The notes beneath the pieces were generated by a model. It saw only the letters and a list, made by a program, of their open reading frames with translations, made no database searches and was not told where the DNA came from. From the NCBI GenBank assembly GCA_964202905.1, contig CAXNJO010000002.1, positions 416,001 to 480,000 of the forward strand: a stretch of 64,000 nt of DNA. Direction: 5' to 3'. The position numbers and the translations under genes are program-made. The DNA is from Polyangiales bacterium (GTDB lineage: Bacteria; Myxococcota_A; Polyangia; Polyangiales; JADJQN01). Shown one piece after another: positions 30,248 through 39,198 of this stretch. The stretch's first letter is position 1. Each line of letters begins with the position of its first letter.

Positions 30248-30980
30248 ATGCGTCCCGAGTCTGCGCCCCTGCGCGTGCACACCTTCAGCCCCGGCTGGGG
30301 CCTGCCGACGGTCGGACCCTTCGGCCTGAAGCTGCTCGCGTGTCTGTCCATCCTCGGCGTGCCCTACGAGCTCGTGCACGAGGACGACGCGCGCAAGGGG
30401 CCGAAGCGCAAGAGCCCCTGGGTGATCGACGACGACATGCGGCTCGGCGACACGGAGCTGATCCTCCGCCACCTCGAGGCGACGCGCGGTGTGCGCCTCG
30501 ACCGCGACCTCGATCCCGCGCTCACGGCGAAGGGCCACGCGATCCGGCGGCTGCTCGAAGAGCACTTCCACCAGGTCTTCGAGCACGAGCTCGTCGTGCG
30601 CGACGACGGATTCGCCGGGCGACGCGCGATCTTCGCGCAGCGGATGCCCCCCCTGCAGCTCGCGATCGGCGGCCCGCTCATTCGCCGGTCGATGCGACGC
30701 CATCTCTTCGAGCGCGGCCTCGGTCGGCACTCCCCCGCGGAGATCGAGTCGCTCGGGCGCGCGGACGTCGACGCGCTCGTCGCGCTCCTCGGTGATCGGA
30801 CCGTACTTCCTCGGCGACGCGCCTACGAAGACCGACGCGAGCGCCTTCGGGCTCCTCGCCGTCACGCTCCGCAGCGGCCTGCCCGGGCCGGTGGCGTCGT
30901 ACGCCCGCGCGCAGCCCTCGCTCGCCGCGTTCGTCGATCGCGCGCAGGCGCGCTTCTTCCCGTCTTCCGCGACGACTTGA
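30248..30980 (+). CDS. Glutathione S-transferase-like protein (metaxin/FAX type), one frameshift
   Basis: WGLPTVGPFGLKL, GPKRKSPW, LGDTELI; an extra base at about 30800 switches frame to PYFLGDAPTKTDASAFG. Confidence 0.85.
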
Positions 30981-31010
30981 CGCATCGCGTCAAGAAGCCC
31001 CCGCTCGGCG

Positions 31011-32753
31011 TCAATCGAGCGGACGCGTGAGCGCGGCGCGCACGCCGGCGGCGCGCGCCTCGACGAGCGCACGCGCCTCCGCGAACGCTGCGCTGCCGCG
31101 GAGGGGCGCGAGCGACGCGCAGCGATCGAGCCAGAGCCGATCGAAGAGGCGGTCGCGCGCCGCGTCGAGCAGCGCTTCTTCGGCCCAGGCGCGCGCGCCC
31201 GTCGCGGCCGCGAGTTCGATGCCGAGTTGCAGGAGCGCGTGGCGGAAGCGCGAGCCGCGACGGGCCCGCTGGACCGCGGCGAGGAGCGGGTCGAGCGGCA
31301 GCGGATCGCCGGCGAGCGCACGCTCGAAGGCCTCGACGACGGACACGAGCGGGCCCTCGAGGCCCTCGCGCTGCACCGGAAGCACGCGCGCGCCGCGCCA
31401 GAGGTTGAAGCGCGAGCACGCCGCGGCGCGACTCGCGGCGTCCGCCGCATCCTCGAGCGGCAACTCGAACCACGCGTCGACGAGCGGCCAGCGGCCCATG
31501 AGCGCGTGGAGCCGCACCGACTCGGTGCGGGCCTGCGCGAGAGACGCATCGAGCGTGAAGGCCGTGCCGAGCCTGGCGAGCGCGTCGTCGGTCCCGCCGA
31601 TCTCGCCCTGGATCACGCCGAGTATGAAGTGCGCCTGCGGGAGCGCGGGCGCGCGCTGGAGGGCGGCGCGCAACTCACCGACCGCCTCGGACCAGTCGCA
31701 GTCCACGAAGGCGAGCGACGCGAGGGCAAGCCTCGGCTCGGCCGCGTCGGGCGCCAGCGACTGCGCGCGCCGCGCGAGGGCCCGCGCGGCGTGCGGCCCC
31801 ACGTCCGCGGCGTCGATCTCGAAGTTGCGCGCGCGCGCCCGGGCCATGGCGGCCCCCGCGAGAATGAGCGGGTCGTCGGGCGCGAGGGCGAGCGCCTCGT
31901 CGAACTGCGCGACCACGGGCGCGAGCGGTACCGAGCCTGACCACGCGAGGCGGAGCGCATGCCGCGCCGCGACGTAGCGCTCGAGGGCGAGCGGGTTCGA
32001 GAGGGCGCGGCGTCCTTCGCTCCGCATCGTGGTCGAGAGCGCCTCGCCGAGCGCGCAGGCAAGCCGATCGTTCATCGCGAAGACGCCGCCGGGCAGCCCC
32101 TCCTCGCGCTCGGCCCAGATCTGAAAGCCCTCGCTCACATCGAGCGCCCGCGCCGCGAGACGCACGTGTTCGTCGCGACGACGCAGCGACGACTCGACGA
32201 CGACCGTCACGTCGAGCGCGCGGCCCAGCGCCTGCGGATCGTCGGCCACCGACGCGAGCGCGGCGAGACGCTGCGCGGACACGGCCCGCACGCGGAGCCC
32301 GCCCGCGCGCGTGAGTCGATCCACGAGGTCCTGCGTGAGCTCCTCGGCGAGCTCCGCATCGCCCGCGGCGACCCGCATCGGCAGCACCGCGACGGTCAGC
32401 GTCGCCACCGGCAGCGGCGCGACCTCGAGCGCACGCGCGCGCGGGTCTCGCTGGATCGTGACCGCGGGAGTCCACGCCCCCGGCTCGAGCGCGGCCAGCG
32501 CGGCAAGCGCAGCGAGCTGCTTCGCGAGCTCGAGCGCGGTCGTCGCGTCGTGCGGCCCGACGCGCGCGAGACGCGTGGCGAGCGACTCGCCCTCGAGCTC
32601 CTGGTCGCGAACCTTGAACACGCTCCCCATGCCGCCCGCGCCGAGCACGCCGAGCATGGCGTAGCGCCCACCGAGCAGGGTGCTCGAGGCGTCGAGGGTC
32701 GGGGAGAACCAGGTCTCGTCCGCGGTGACGGGCGGCGACGTTGCCAGAGCCAC
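31011..32753 (-). CDS. Kinase remnant + TolB-N-like + TPR protein (kinase core deleted)
   Basis: RYAMLGVLGAGGMGSVFKVRD and GESLATRL are present but VAxK, HRD, DFG and APE are absent; then VAVLP...LRVRA...GFQIWAER and TPR repeats. Confidence 0.8.
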   Translation of the reverse strand: MALATSPPVTADETWFSPTLDASSTLLGGRYAMLGVLGAGGMGSVFKVRDQELEGESLATRLARVGPHDATTALELAKQLAALAALAALEPGAWTPAVTIQRDPRARALEVAPLPVATLTVAVLPMRVAAGDAELAEELTQDLVDRLTRAGGLRVRAVSAQRLAALASVADDPQALGRALDVTVVVESSLRRRDEHVRLAARALDVSEGFQIWAEREEGLPGGVFAMNDRLACALGEALSTTMRSEGRRALSNPLALERYVAARHALRLAWSGSVPLAPVVAQFDEALALAPDDPLILAGAAMARARARNFEIDAADVGPHAARALARRAQSLAPDAAEPRLALASLAFVDCDWSEAVGELRAALQRAPALPQAHFILGVIQGEIGGTDDALARLGTAFTLDASLAQARTESVRLHALMGRWPLVDAWFELPLEDAADAASRAAACSRFNLWRGARVLPVQREGLEGPLVSVVEAFERALAGDPLPLDPLLAAVQRARRGSRFRHALLQLGIELAAATGARAWAEEALLDAARDRLFDRLWLDRCASLAPLRGSAAFAEARALVEARAAGVRAALTRPLD

Positions 32754-32757
32754 GCGC

Positions 32758-33852
32758 TCAGCGCCGCCGCACGAGCAGCGTCCGCGTGATCTCGAAGACC
32801 TTCTCCGGCACGCGGGCGTCCTTCTCCTTCGCGAGCTCGGGCGTGAAGAGGTCGCGCCCCGCGGCGAGCAGCGTATCGGGGCGCGCGTTCTTCGTGCCGA
32901 CGAGGCGGAAGGTCAGCTCGCCCCAGCGCACGTCGAGCGGCTTCGCGTCGAGCACGCGCGAGGCGGCGTAGAGCGTGTCGCCCGCGAGCACGCCGCTCGG
33001 GTGCGCGCCCTCGTCGAAGCCAAGCTCCCACGCGGCGTTCCCCGCGACGTCGCGGCTCGCGAGCGCGGCCACCCACGCGAAGACGAGCCCGCCGTAGACC
33101 ACGCGCGTGCCCTGGAAGCTCTGCCGCTCGACCTTCGCGTAGTGCTCGTCGAAGTGGAGCGGGTGCGAGTTCCGCACGAGCGCGGTGAGCTGCATGTGCT
33201 CGCTCTCGCCGACCGTCTTGCCGAGCTGGTGCAGCACGACGTCGCCGGCGGCAAAATCCTCGAAAAAACCGCCAAAACCGGCCGGTCGCGCGGGCGGCGC
33301 GGGCAGCACGCGCAGCGCCTCGGGCAGCGCGGGCACGTCGGCGGGCGGCTCCGTGAGCGCGGTGATCGCCGCGTCGGCCGGGCGCCCCTCGAGGCGCCCC
33401 GCGCGCACGAGCGCCTTGCGCTCGAAGACGCAGACCGCGCGTCCGTCCTCGGCGAAGAGCGACGTGCGCACGTGCACGACGCCGCGATCGCCGCTCGACG
33501 CGGGCTTCACGCCGAGCACGCGCGACTGCCCGGTGACCGTGTCGCCCGGGTAGCACGGCGCGGGGAAGCGCACGTCGAGGTACGCGAGGTGCGCGATCGC
33601 CTGCTCGGAGACGTCGTGCACCGAGAACGAGAGGCCGAGATTCAGCAACAGAAGCGGGTGCACCGGCCGATCGCGGAAGCCGAGCGCCTGCGCGTACACG
33701 CGCGACGCGAACGTGGGCGAGGCGTCCTGAAAGGACGCCTGAAAGAGCGCGAGCATGCCGCCGTCGATCGTGACGTCCCAGGGATGCGCGTACGTCGCGC
33801 CGACCTCGAAATCGGAGAGCATCCGCCCGTAGCGCGGGGTGTGCGTCGTCAT
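32758..33852 (-). CDS. Double hot-dog MaoC-family dehydratase (mesaconyl-CoA hydratase-like)
   Basis: Two MaoC domains (SDFEVG...SVHDVSEQAIAHLAY...YPGDTV; FFEDF...NSHPLHFD...LAGDTLYA). Confidence 0.85.
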   Translation of the reverse strand: MTTHTPRYGRMLSDFEVGATYAHPWDVTIDGGMLALFQASFQDASPTFASRVYAQALGFRDRPVHPLLLLNLGLSFSVHDVSEQAIAHLAYLDVRFPAPCYPGDTVTGQSRVLGVKPASSGDRGVVHVRTSLFAEDGRAVCVFERKALVRAGRLEGRPADAAITALTEPPADVPALPEALRVLPAPPARPAGFGGFFEDFAAGDVVLHQLGKTVGESEHMQLTALVRNSHPLHFDEHYAKVERQSFQGTRVVYGGLVFAWVAALASRDVAGNAAWELGFDEGAHPSGVLAGDTLYAASRVLDAKPLDVRWGELTFRLVGTKNARPDTLLAAGRDLFTPELAKEKDARVPEKVFEITRTLLVRRR

Positions 33853-33873
33853 GGTCGTCTCCTCGGTCGCGGG

Positions 33874-34915
33874 TCAGCGAAGCAGGAAGAACGCGGCACC
33901 GAGCGCGAGCACGCCGAGCAGCGCGAGCCCGGCCACGGCGCCGACGATCAGCGCGACGGGCAGCCCGCTCCGCGCAGCCTGCGGCGTCGCGGGTGCCGAC
34001 GCGCTCCCCGCATGCACGGCCGCCGCGGACGCAGCACCGCGCAGCCACGCCGCTGGCTGCGGGATGGCGTGGAGCGCCGCGAGCATCTCGCCGGCGTTCG
34101 CGAAGCGGCGGTCGGGCATCTTCTCCATCGCGCGCGCGACGACGGCCTGCAATTCGGGCCGCACCTCGAGCCCTTCCTTCGTCGCCGCGAGGTCCGGCAC
34201 CGGCGCGGTCAGGTGCATGCGGAGCATCTCCATCTGCGCCTCGGCCACGAAGGGCCACGTCCCCGTCAGCACCTCGAAGAGCACGATGCCGGTCGAGTAC
34301 ACGTCCGACCGCATGTCGACCTTCTGGCCGGTCGCCCTGCTCGGGCGGCATGTACGCCGGCGAGCCGAACACCGCGCCCATCATCGTGAGCTTCTTCGCG
34401 GGCCCCCAGCGCTCGTCGTCGACGAACTTCGCGAGGCCGAAGTCGAGGATCTTCGCGACGTACGAGCCATCCGCGAACCGCGCGACGAAGACGTTTTCCG
34501 TCTTCATGTCGCGATGCAGCACGCCCTGCGCGTGCGCGTAGGCGAGCCCGGCGACGACCTGCTTGCCGAGCTCGAACGCGAGCCCGGGCGGCGGGTCCTG
34601 CTGCTCGAGGAAGGCGTCGAGCGGCATCCCGTCGAGCAGCTCCATCACCAGGAAAGGCCCCTCCGGCGTCATGCCGAAGTCGACGACGCCGACGATGTTC
34701 GGGTGTTGCAGCCCGCTCAGCGCGCGCCCCTCGCGCTGAAAGCGCTCGCGCGACTCCGGGTCCGTGCCGTACTCGGCGTGCAGCATCTTCAGCGCGACGT
34801 GCGGCCCGCCGCCCGCGCGCTCGGCGCGATAGACCGCCCCCGCGCCGCCCGCGCCGAGCTTCGCGAGCACGCGATAGCGACCATCGATGACCTGCCCGAC
34901 GAGATCCGCTGCCAT
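33874..34915 (-). CDS. Ser/Thr protein kinase with C-terminal TM, one frameshift
   Basis: LGAGGAGAVY, VALK, HRDMKTEN, DFGLAK, GSPAYMPPEQ; extra base at about 34336, then ATGQKVDMRSDVYSTG. Confidence 0.9.
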
Positions 34916-35015
34916 GGTGGGGCGGGACTATACAGCGCCCCCGGTGCGCTGCGCGGCCCCCCCGCGCGCCGCTTTTTCCGATGACGACCGCGCGCGGGCC
35001 CTTTTATCCTCGGCC

Positions 35016-36128
35016 ATGCCCTCGCGCCCTCCCTTCACCGCCACGCCCCGCTCGACGCTCACCCGCCCCGCGGCGTACCCCGTGCTGACCGCGCTGCTCC
35101 TCCTCGCCGCGTGCGGCGACGATCGACGGCCGGGCGGCGTACTCCCCGACGACGGCGGGGTGCCCCCGGGCGACGCCGCGCCCCGCGTCGATGGCGGCCC
35201 GCGCACGGACGGCGGACCGGGGCCGAGCCCGACGGGGCCCGTCGACCCGATGTGCACGGACGGCCGCTACACGGAAACTCTCCCGGACCCGAACGCCCCG
35301 ATCGACGACGTCGCCTTCGCGGGGGATGTGCCCGCCTTCGTCGATACCGTCCTCGGGCGCCGCTACCCGTTCGGGCTCGAGCTCGTCGAGGGCGGCCGCA
35401 CCAACACCTCGTTCGGCAGCGACTGCTCCGTGCTGTTCGCCGGCTCGCCCGCGAGCGCGGCGGACGTCTACCGCGCGATGTCGACGATCACCCACGAGTG
35501 CGGACATTTCTGGGACGGTGAGCGCTCGCGCGGCGCGACGAACGTCTACGAGCTCGCGACCGCGCGCACGCTCACGGCGATGCGCGGCGACACCACCTCG
35601 CGTGGGGGTGACACCTTCGCGCGCAGCCTGATCCGCCTCGACAGCTATCAGACGATGCGCCCGCCCTGCGGCGGGAGTTTCCGACGCGGCTGCGACTCGT
35701 ACGCGGACATCTACCTCGACGGGAACCCCGCCGACGCGACCTTCGAGAGCGGCGATCAGGGCTTCAACCTGCTCTTCGAGGAGACCGTGCAGTACGTGAA
35801 CTCGCTCGCGACGGAGTACGCCTTCGCCGATCGCATCCGCAGCGGCTCCTCGACCAGCGCCCGCGACGGCATCCTGACCTTCCTCTGGTACGTCGAGCGC
35901 TACCTCCGCCTCGCCCGCACCGAGTACCCCGCGGCCTATGCACGCATCGCGGACGACGCCGCGTGGCGGGACGCGATCCTCACGGTCTGGGGCCGCGCGT
36001 GGCTCTATCTCGGCCTCACGGCGGAGAACCCGGCCCTCGGCCTCGAGGACGACGTGCTCGAGGGATACGTGCTCGACCCGGTGCTGCTCGACGAGATCGA
36101 CCGCCTCCGCGCGCTCTCGGGCTGCTGA
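35016..36128 (+). CDS. Lipoprotein of unknown function with HExxH motif
   Basis: LLLLAAC lipobox, DGG-rich tether, ITHECGH. Confidence 0.72.
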   Translation: MPSRPPFTATPRSTLTRPAAYPVLTALLLLAACGDDRRPGGVLPDDGGVPPGDAAPRVDGGPRTDGGPGPSPTGPVDPMCTDGRYTETLPDPNAPIDDVAFAGDVPAFVDTVLGRRYPFGLELVEGGRTNTSFGSDCSVLFAGSPASAADVYRAMSTITHECGHFWDGERSRGATNVYELATARTLTAMRGDTTSRGGDTFARSLIRLDSYQTMRPPCGGSFRRGCDSYADIYLDGNPADATFESGDQGFNLLFEETVQYVNSLATEYAFADRIRSGSSTSARDGILTFLWYVERYLRLARTEYPAAYARIADDAAWRDAILTVWGRAWLYLGLTAENPALGLEDDVLEGYVLDPVLLDEIDRLRALSGC

Positions 36129-36400
36129 CGCGAACGGCACACGCGGCGCCGCGCACTCCCCGCATGCGCGGCGGGAGTCCCGCGCGCTTGCCCGCTGCGT
36201 GCCAGCCTCTTGCCGCCCTCCGTGCGCCGTGAAAGGCTCCAGCGCCTCCGAGGCGAGCAACCGAGAAGAAGCCCCTCGCAGTGAGCGCGGCCTGCGAGGT
36301 GGGCCCAAGATCGACACCGCCGCCCGGGAGCGGAGCACTCCGTTCACCCGGGGCTCACCGCGCTTCCACTCGCGCCGAGCGGTCAACCGAAGAGCGAACG

Positions 36401-37660
36401 ATGGCACCCAAGGCCGACAGCCCGAAGCATGGGGACGACGCGCCGACGCCCTCGCCCCAAAACGCGCCCGCGTCGGCGAACTCCCCCGCGCCGCCGCGCT
36501 TCCGGCGCCGCGCCGTCGTGGTCGGCGCGCTCATCCTCGCGTCGGTCGGCGTGGCCGCCGTGCTCGCGCCTCGTCTCGCGGCGCGGCAGGAGCCGAACGA
36601 GACGCCGCTCCGGGACTGGGGTCGCCTCACGCGCGTCCAACTCTTCCTCGAGCAGCCGCCGGGCAACATCGCGCCCACCGACTGCCTCACCCGCGACCCC
36701 GAGTGGGCGCTGCCCGACGTTCGCACGCCCAGCCAGGCATGGGGCCTCTTTCGGAGCGCCGGACTCGACGACGACGACGCCCAGGCGCTGCTCGATCGCA
36801 CCCGCTGCGAGGCCGGGAGCTGCCGAACCATCCCCCCAGCCGCGGTGGTCGAGGGCCTCGGCTCCGACGCGCGGGGCCACCTCTACGAGCAACTCGCACG
36901 CTCTCCCGAAAACCCGTTCCATGCGTTCCCCTTCACCCGCCCTGCGGGGGAGGCGCGCTGGAGCGGACTCGCGTCGATCGTCGGCACACCGCTCCTCACA
37001 CGCCTCGAGTGGCGCCGCGGCAACCAGGTCCAGATCTCGGACTTCGAGGTGCTCTGCCGGGCAGCGGACACCGACGGTGAGCGAATCCTCATCTCGGAGA
37101 CCTTGTCCCGGATGAGCGCGATGATGGCATGGCTCACCCTGCACGAAGACGATCCGCTCGATCCGCTCATGCGTTACTGGAGCCGCGGTGCGCGAACGCG
37201 CGACCTCCGTCCGATCCTCGAGGCGATGGCCCGCGTGCCGGGCGGCGGTCGTCTCGACATCATGCACCTGCTCCCCCCGTTCGCGCGTCGGCGGCTCAAC
37301 ACCTTCCCCCAGCCGGGCGACCCGCCCCGCAACTGCTTCTGGTCGGCGCTGCATTTCTTCGACGTCACGGCCCCGCCCGACGCGGTGATCGGCGAGGTGG
37401 AGTTGCGCCCGATCATCGAGCGGGACTACGAGCCCGTGGGCTGGGACTCACGTGGGTTCGGCGACGTCATCCTCTTCCTCGACCGGCGCGGTGGCGCGAT
37501 CCATGCGGCGAACCACATCGCCGGCGACCTCGTCTTCACGAAGAACGGCTACCACGAGCGGCGCCCCTGGGCGCTGCTGCCCCTGAGCGAGGTCCGCGAC
37601 ATCTACCCCGAGACGACCGACCTGCGCGCCTTCCACCTGCGCGCGCTTCCCTCCCGATGA
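36401..37660 (+). CDS. Membrane-anchored hypothetical protein with C-terminal Cys/His papain/NlpC-like domain
   Basis: N-terminal TM; NCFWSALHFF...FGDVILF...IHAANHI..DLVFTKNG...PW. Confidence 0.65.
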   Translation: MAPKADSPKHGDDAPTPSPQNAPASANSPAPPRFRRRAVVVGALILASVGVAAVLAPRLAARQEPNETPLRDWGRLTRVQLFLEQPPGNIAPTDCLTRDPEWALPDVRTPSQAWGLFRSAGLDDDDAQALLDRTRCEAGSCRTIPPAAVVEGLGSDARGHLYEQLARSPENPFHAFPFTRPAGEARWSGLASIVGTPLLTRLEWRRGNQVQISDFEVLCRAADTDGERILISETLSRMSAMMAWLTLHEDDPLDPLMRYWSRGARTRDLRPILEAMARVPGGGRLDIMHLLPPFARRRLNTFPQPGDPPRNCFWSALHFFDVTAPPDAVIGEVELRPIIERDYEPVGWDSRGFGDVILFLDRRGGAIHAANHIAGDLVFTKNGYHERRPWALLPLSEVRDIYPETTDLRAFHLRALPSR

Positions 37661-37758
37661 CACATCCGCGTCGCTCCGCGTGGTGCCGGGCGCGAGGCGC
37701 GGCCCGTGACCACCGCGTGCGCGCGGTGTCGGTGCGCACGCCTCTCGCGTGAGCCGCG

Positions 37759-38289
37759 CTACTCCGCCGGCGGGCGGACGGGCGCCGGCGGGTCGGCCGC
37801 AAGCCGGGTGCCCGCAGGCTCGGGTCCGGCCGCTTGTGGCCCGGAGGTCCCGGCAGGCGCAGGCAGCGCGCAGGGCACCGTGCGGAAGACGACGGGCTCG
37901 ACGAAGTTCGAGAACTGTTGCCGCCCCTCCGCACCGACCGACACGAGGAGCACACGCCCGAGGTGGTAGTACTCCGCGGAGATCGGCGACCCCTCGATCG
38001 TGACCGCCGCGCCGCTCCGCGGGGTGACCTCGAGACAGACCCCGGCCCCGATGCTCCACGTCGTGTGGTACGCGGACTCGCCGCTCACGGTGTCGATCTT
38101 CACGCGGAGCGGGCTCGACTCGACGCTGCCGAGCTGCAATTCGCTCCCTTGCTCGAGCCCGACCAGGAGCGGATGGCCCACGCTCGTACCGAGCGCGACG
38201 GGTACCTGCCGCTCGCAGCCCGCGCCTCCGACGAGCAGGGTCGCTCCTCCGAACGCCAACATCCGCCCCAGCCGCGTCCTCGTCCCCAT
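37759..38289 (-). CDS. Hypothetical lipoprotein
   Basis: MGTRTRLGRMLAFGGATLLVGGAG-C; beta-rich body, Pro-rich tail. Confidence 0.55.
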   Translation of the reverse strand: MGTRTRLGRMLAFGGATLLVGGAGCERQVPVALGTSVGHPLLVGLEQGSELQLGSVESSPLRVKIDTVSGESAYHTTWSIGAGVCLEVTPRSGAAVTIEGSPISAEYYHLGRVLLVSVGAEGRQQFSNFVEPVVFRTVPCALPAPAGTSGPQAAGPEPAGTRLAADPPAPVRPPAE

Positions 38290-38552
38290 CGGCGACCTCC
38301 GCGCACGGTTGTACGATTGCGGGGCGCGCGTGGCGAGCACCGAGTTGCGCGCTGGGGCCACGGGCGACGGAGACGATCCGCCCCTCGAGGGGATCGACCG
38401 ACCCGCCTCGTCCCGCCCGGAGCGCGACCGGGCACGCCCCAGGGCGATGCGCGCGGCGGTTTCGTCGAGGAAGATGGTGTGCGGCCTCCGCCATCTCCCT
38501 CAGGTCGTCCCCGTCGGGGGTTTCCCGGACGGCCTCCGGCGCGCCCCGGCGC

Positions 38553-38581
38553 TTGACAACGCCGCCGACCCCGGCCAATTT
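38553..38581 (+). promoter_or_regulatory. Putative sigma-70 promoter of rpsT
   Basis: Perfect TTGACA at 38553, 17-nt spacer, CAATTT at 38576. Confidence 0.6.
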
Positions 38582-38693
38582 CCGCCTCCCCGGACGCCCC
38601 GCGGCGCCCGACGCAGACCGCATCGCAGCGACGCTGCGACGAGGCCGCGCAGAGACCGCTCAGAGACCGCAGAGAGACAGCAGAGAGACACCC

Positions 38694-38966
38694 GTGGCGA
38701 ACCACCCCTCCGCAGAGAAGCGCAATCGGCAGAACATCAAGCGCCGCGAGCGCAACACGCACGTCCGCTCGAGCGTGCGGACCCTGGTCAAGCGCGTGCG
38801 CGCCGCCGTCGAGTCGGGCAACGTCGCCGAGGCGAAGACGGCCCTGTCCGACGCGATCCGCCACATCGACCAGGCCGTGACGAAGGGCGTCTACCACCAG
38901 TCCACCGGGTCGCGCTACGTGTCGCGCCTCTCGGCGCAGGTCGCCGCGCTCTCCGCCGCCGCCTGA
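38694..38966 (+). CDS. rpsT: 30S ribosomal protein S20
   Basis: GTG start; ANHPSAEKRNRQNIKRRERN..VRSSVRT..K...IDQAVTKGVYH..TGSRYVSRL. Confidence 0.96.
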   Translation: MANHPSAEKRNRQNIKRRERNTHVRSSVRTLVKRVRAAVESGNVAEAKTALSDAIRHIDQAVTKGVYHQSTGSRYVSRLSAQVAALSAAA

Positions 38967-38989
38967 GGCACTCCGCCCGCGACGCGCTT

Positions 38990-39027
38990 CGCCCCGCCGG
39001 GTCCGCCCGCGCGGGGCGTCGTGCGTT
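38990..39027 (+). terminator. Possible intrinsic terminator after rpsT
   Basis: Stem cgccccgc (38990-38997) / gcggggcg (39011-39018); only a weak U-tract follows. Confidence 0.4.
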
Positions 39028-39198
39028 CCGCTGCCGATGCATTCGTTGCATCGCCAACCGTTGCAGCTCCAACCATCGGCGCGGCCGCGAGCGCGCCGCC
39101 CTCGGTCGCGGTCGCCTCGGTGTCGCGCAGGGCCCGCATCGCCGGGCGCACCGCGTCGATTCCTTGCCCGCACAAGCACGCCGCGGATACTCGCGCCC

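Noticed and set aside
36189..36205. Sigma-54-like TGGCACG-N4-GGGCA on the minus strand
   Set aside because: Poor -12 element and it points into the 3' end of a plus-strand gene.
38455..38510. Hammerhead ribozyme (CTGAG...GAAAC on the minus strand)
   Set aside because: Core is not CUGANGA, those bases are tied up in the stem, and stems I and III are not evident.
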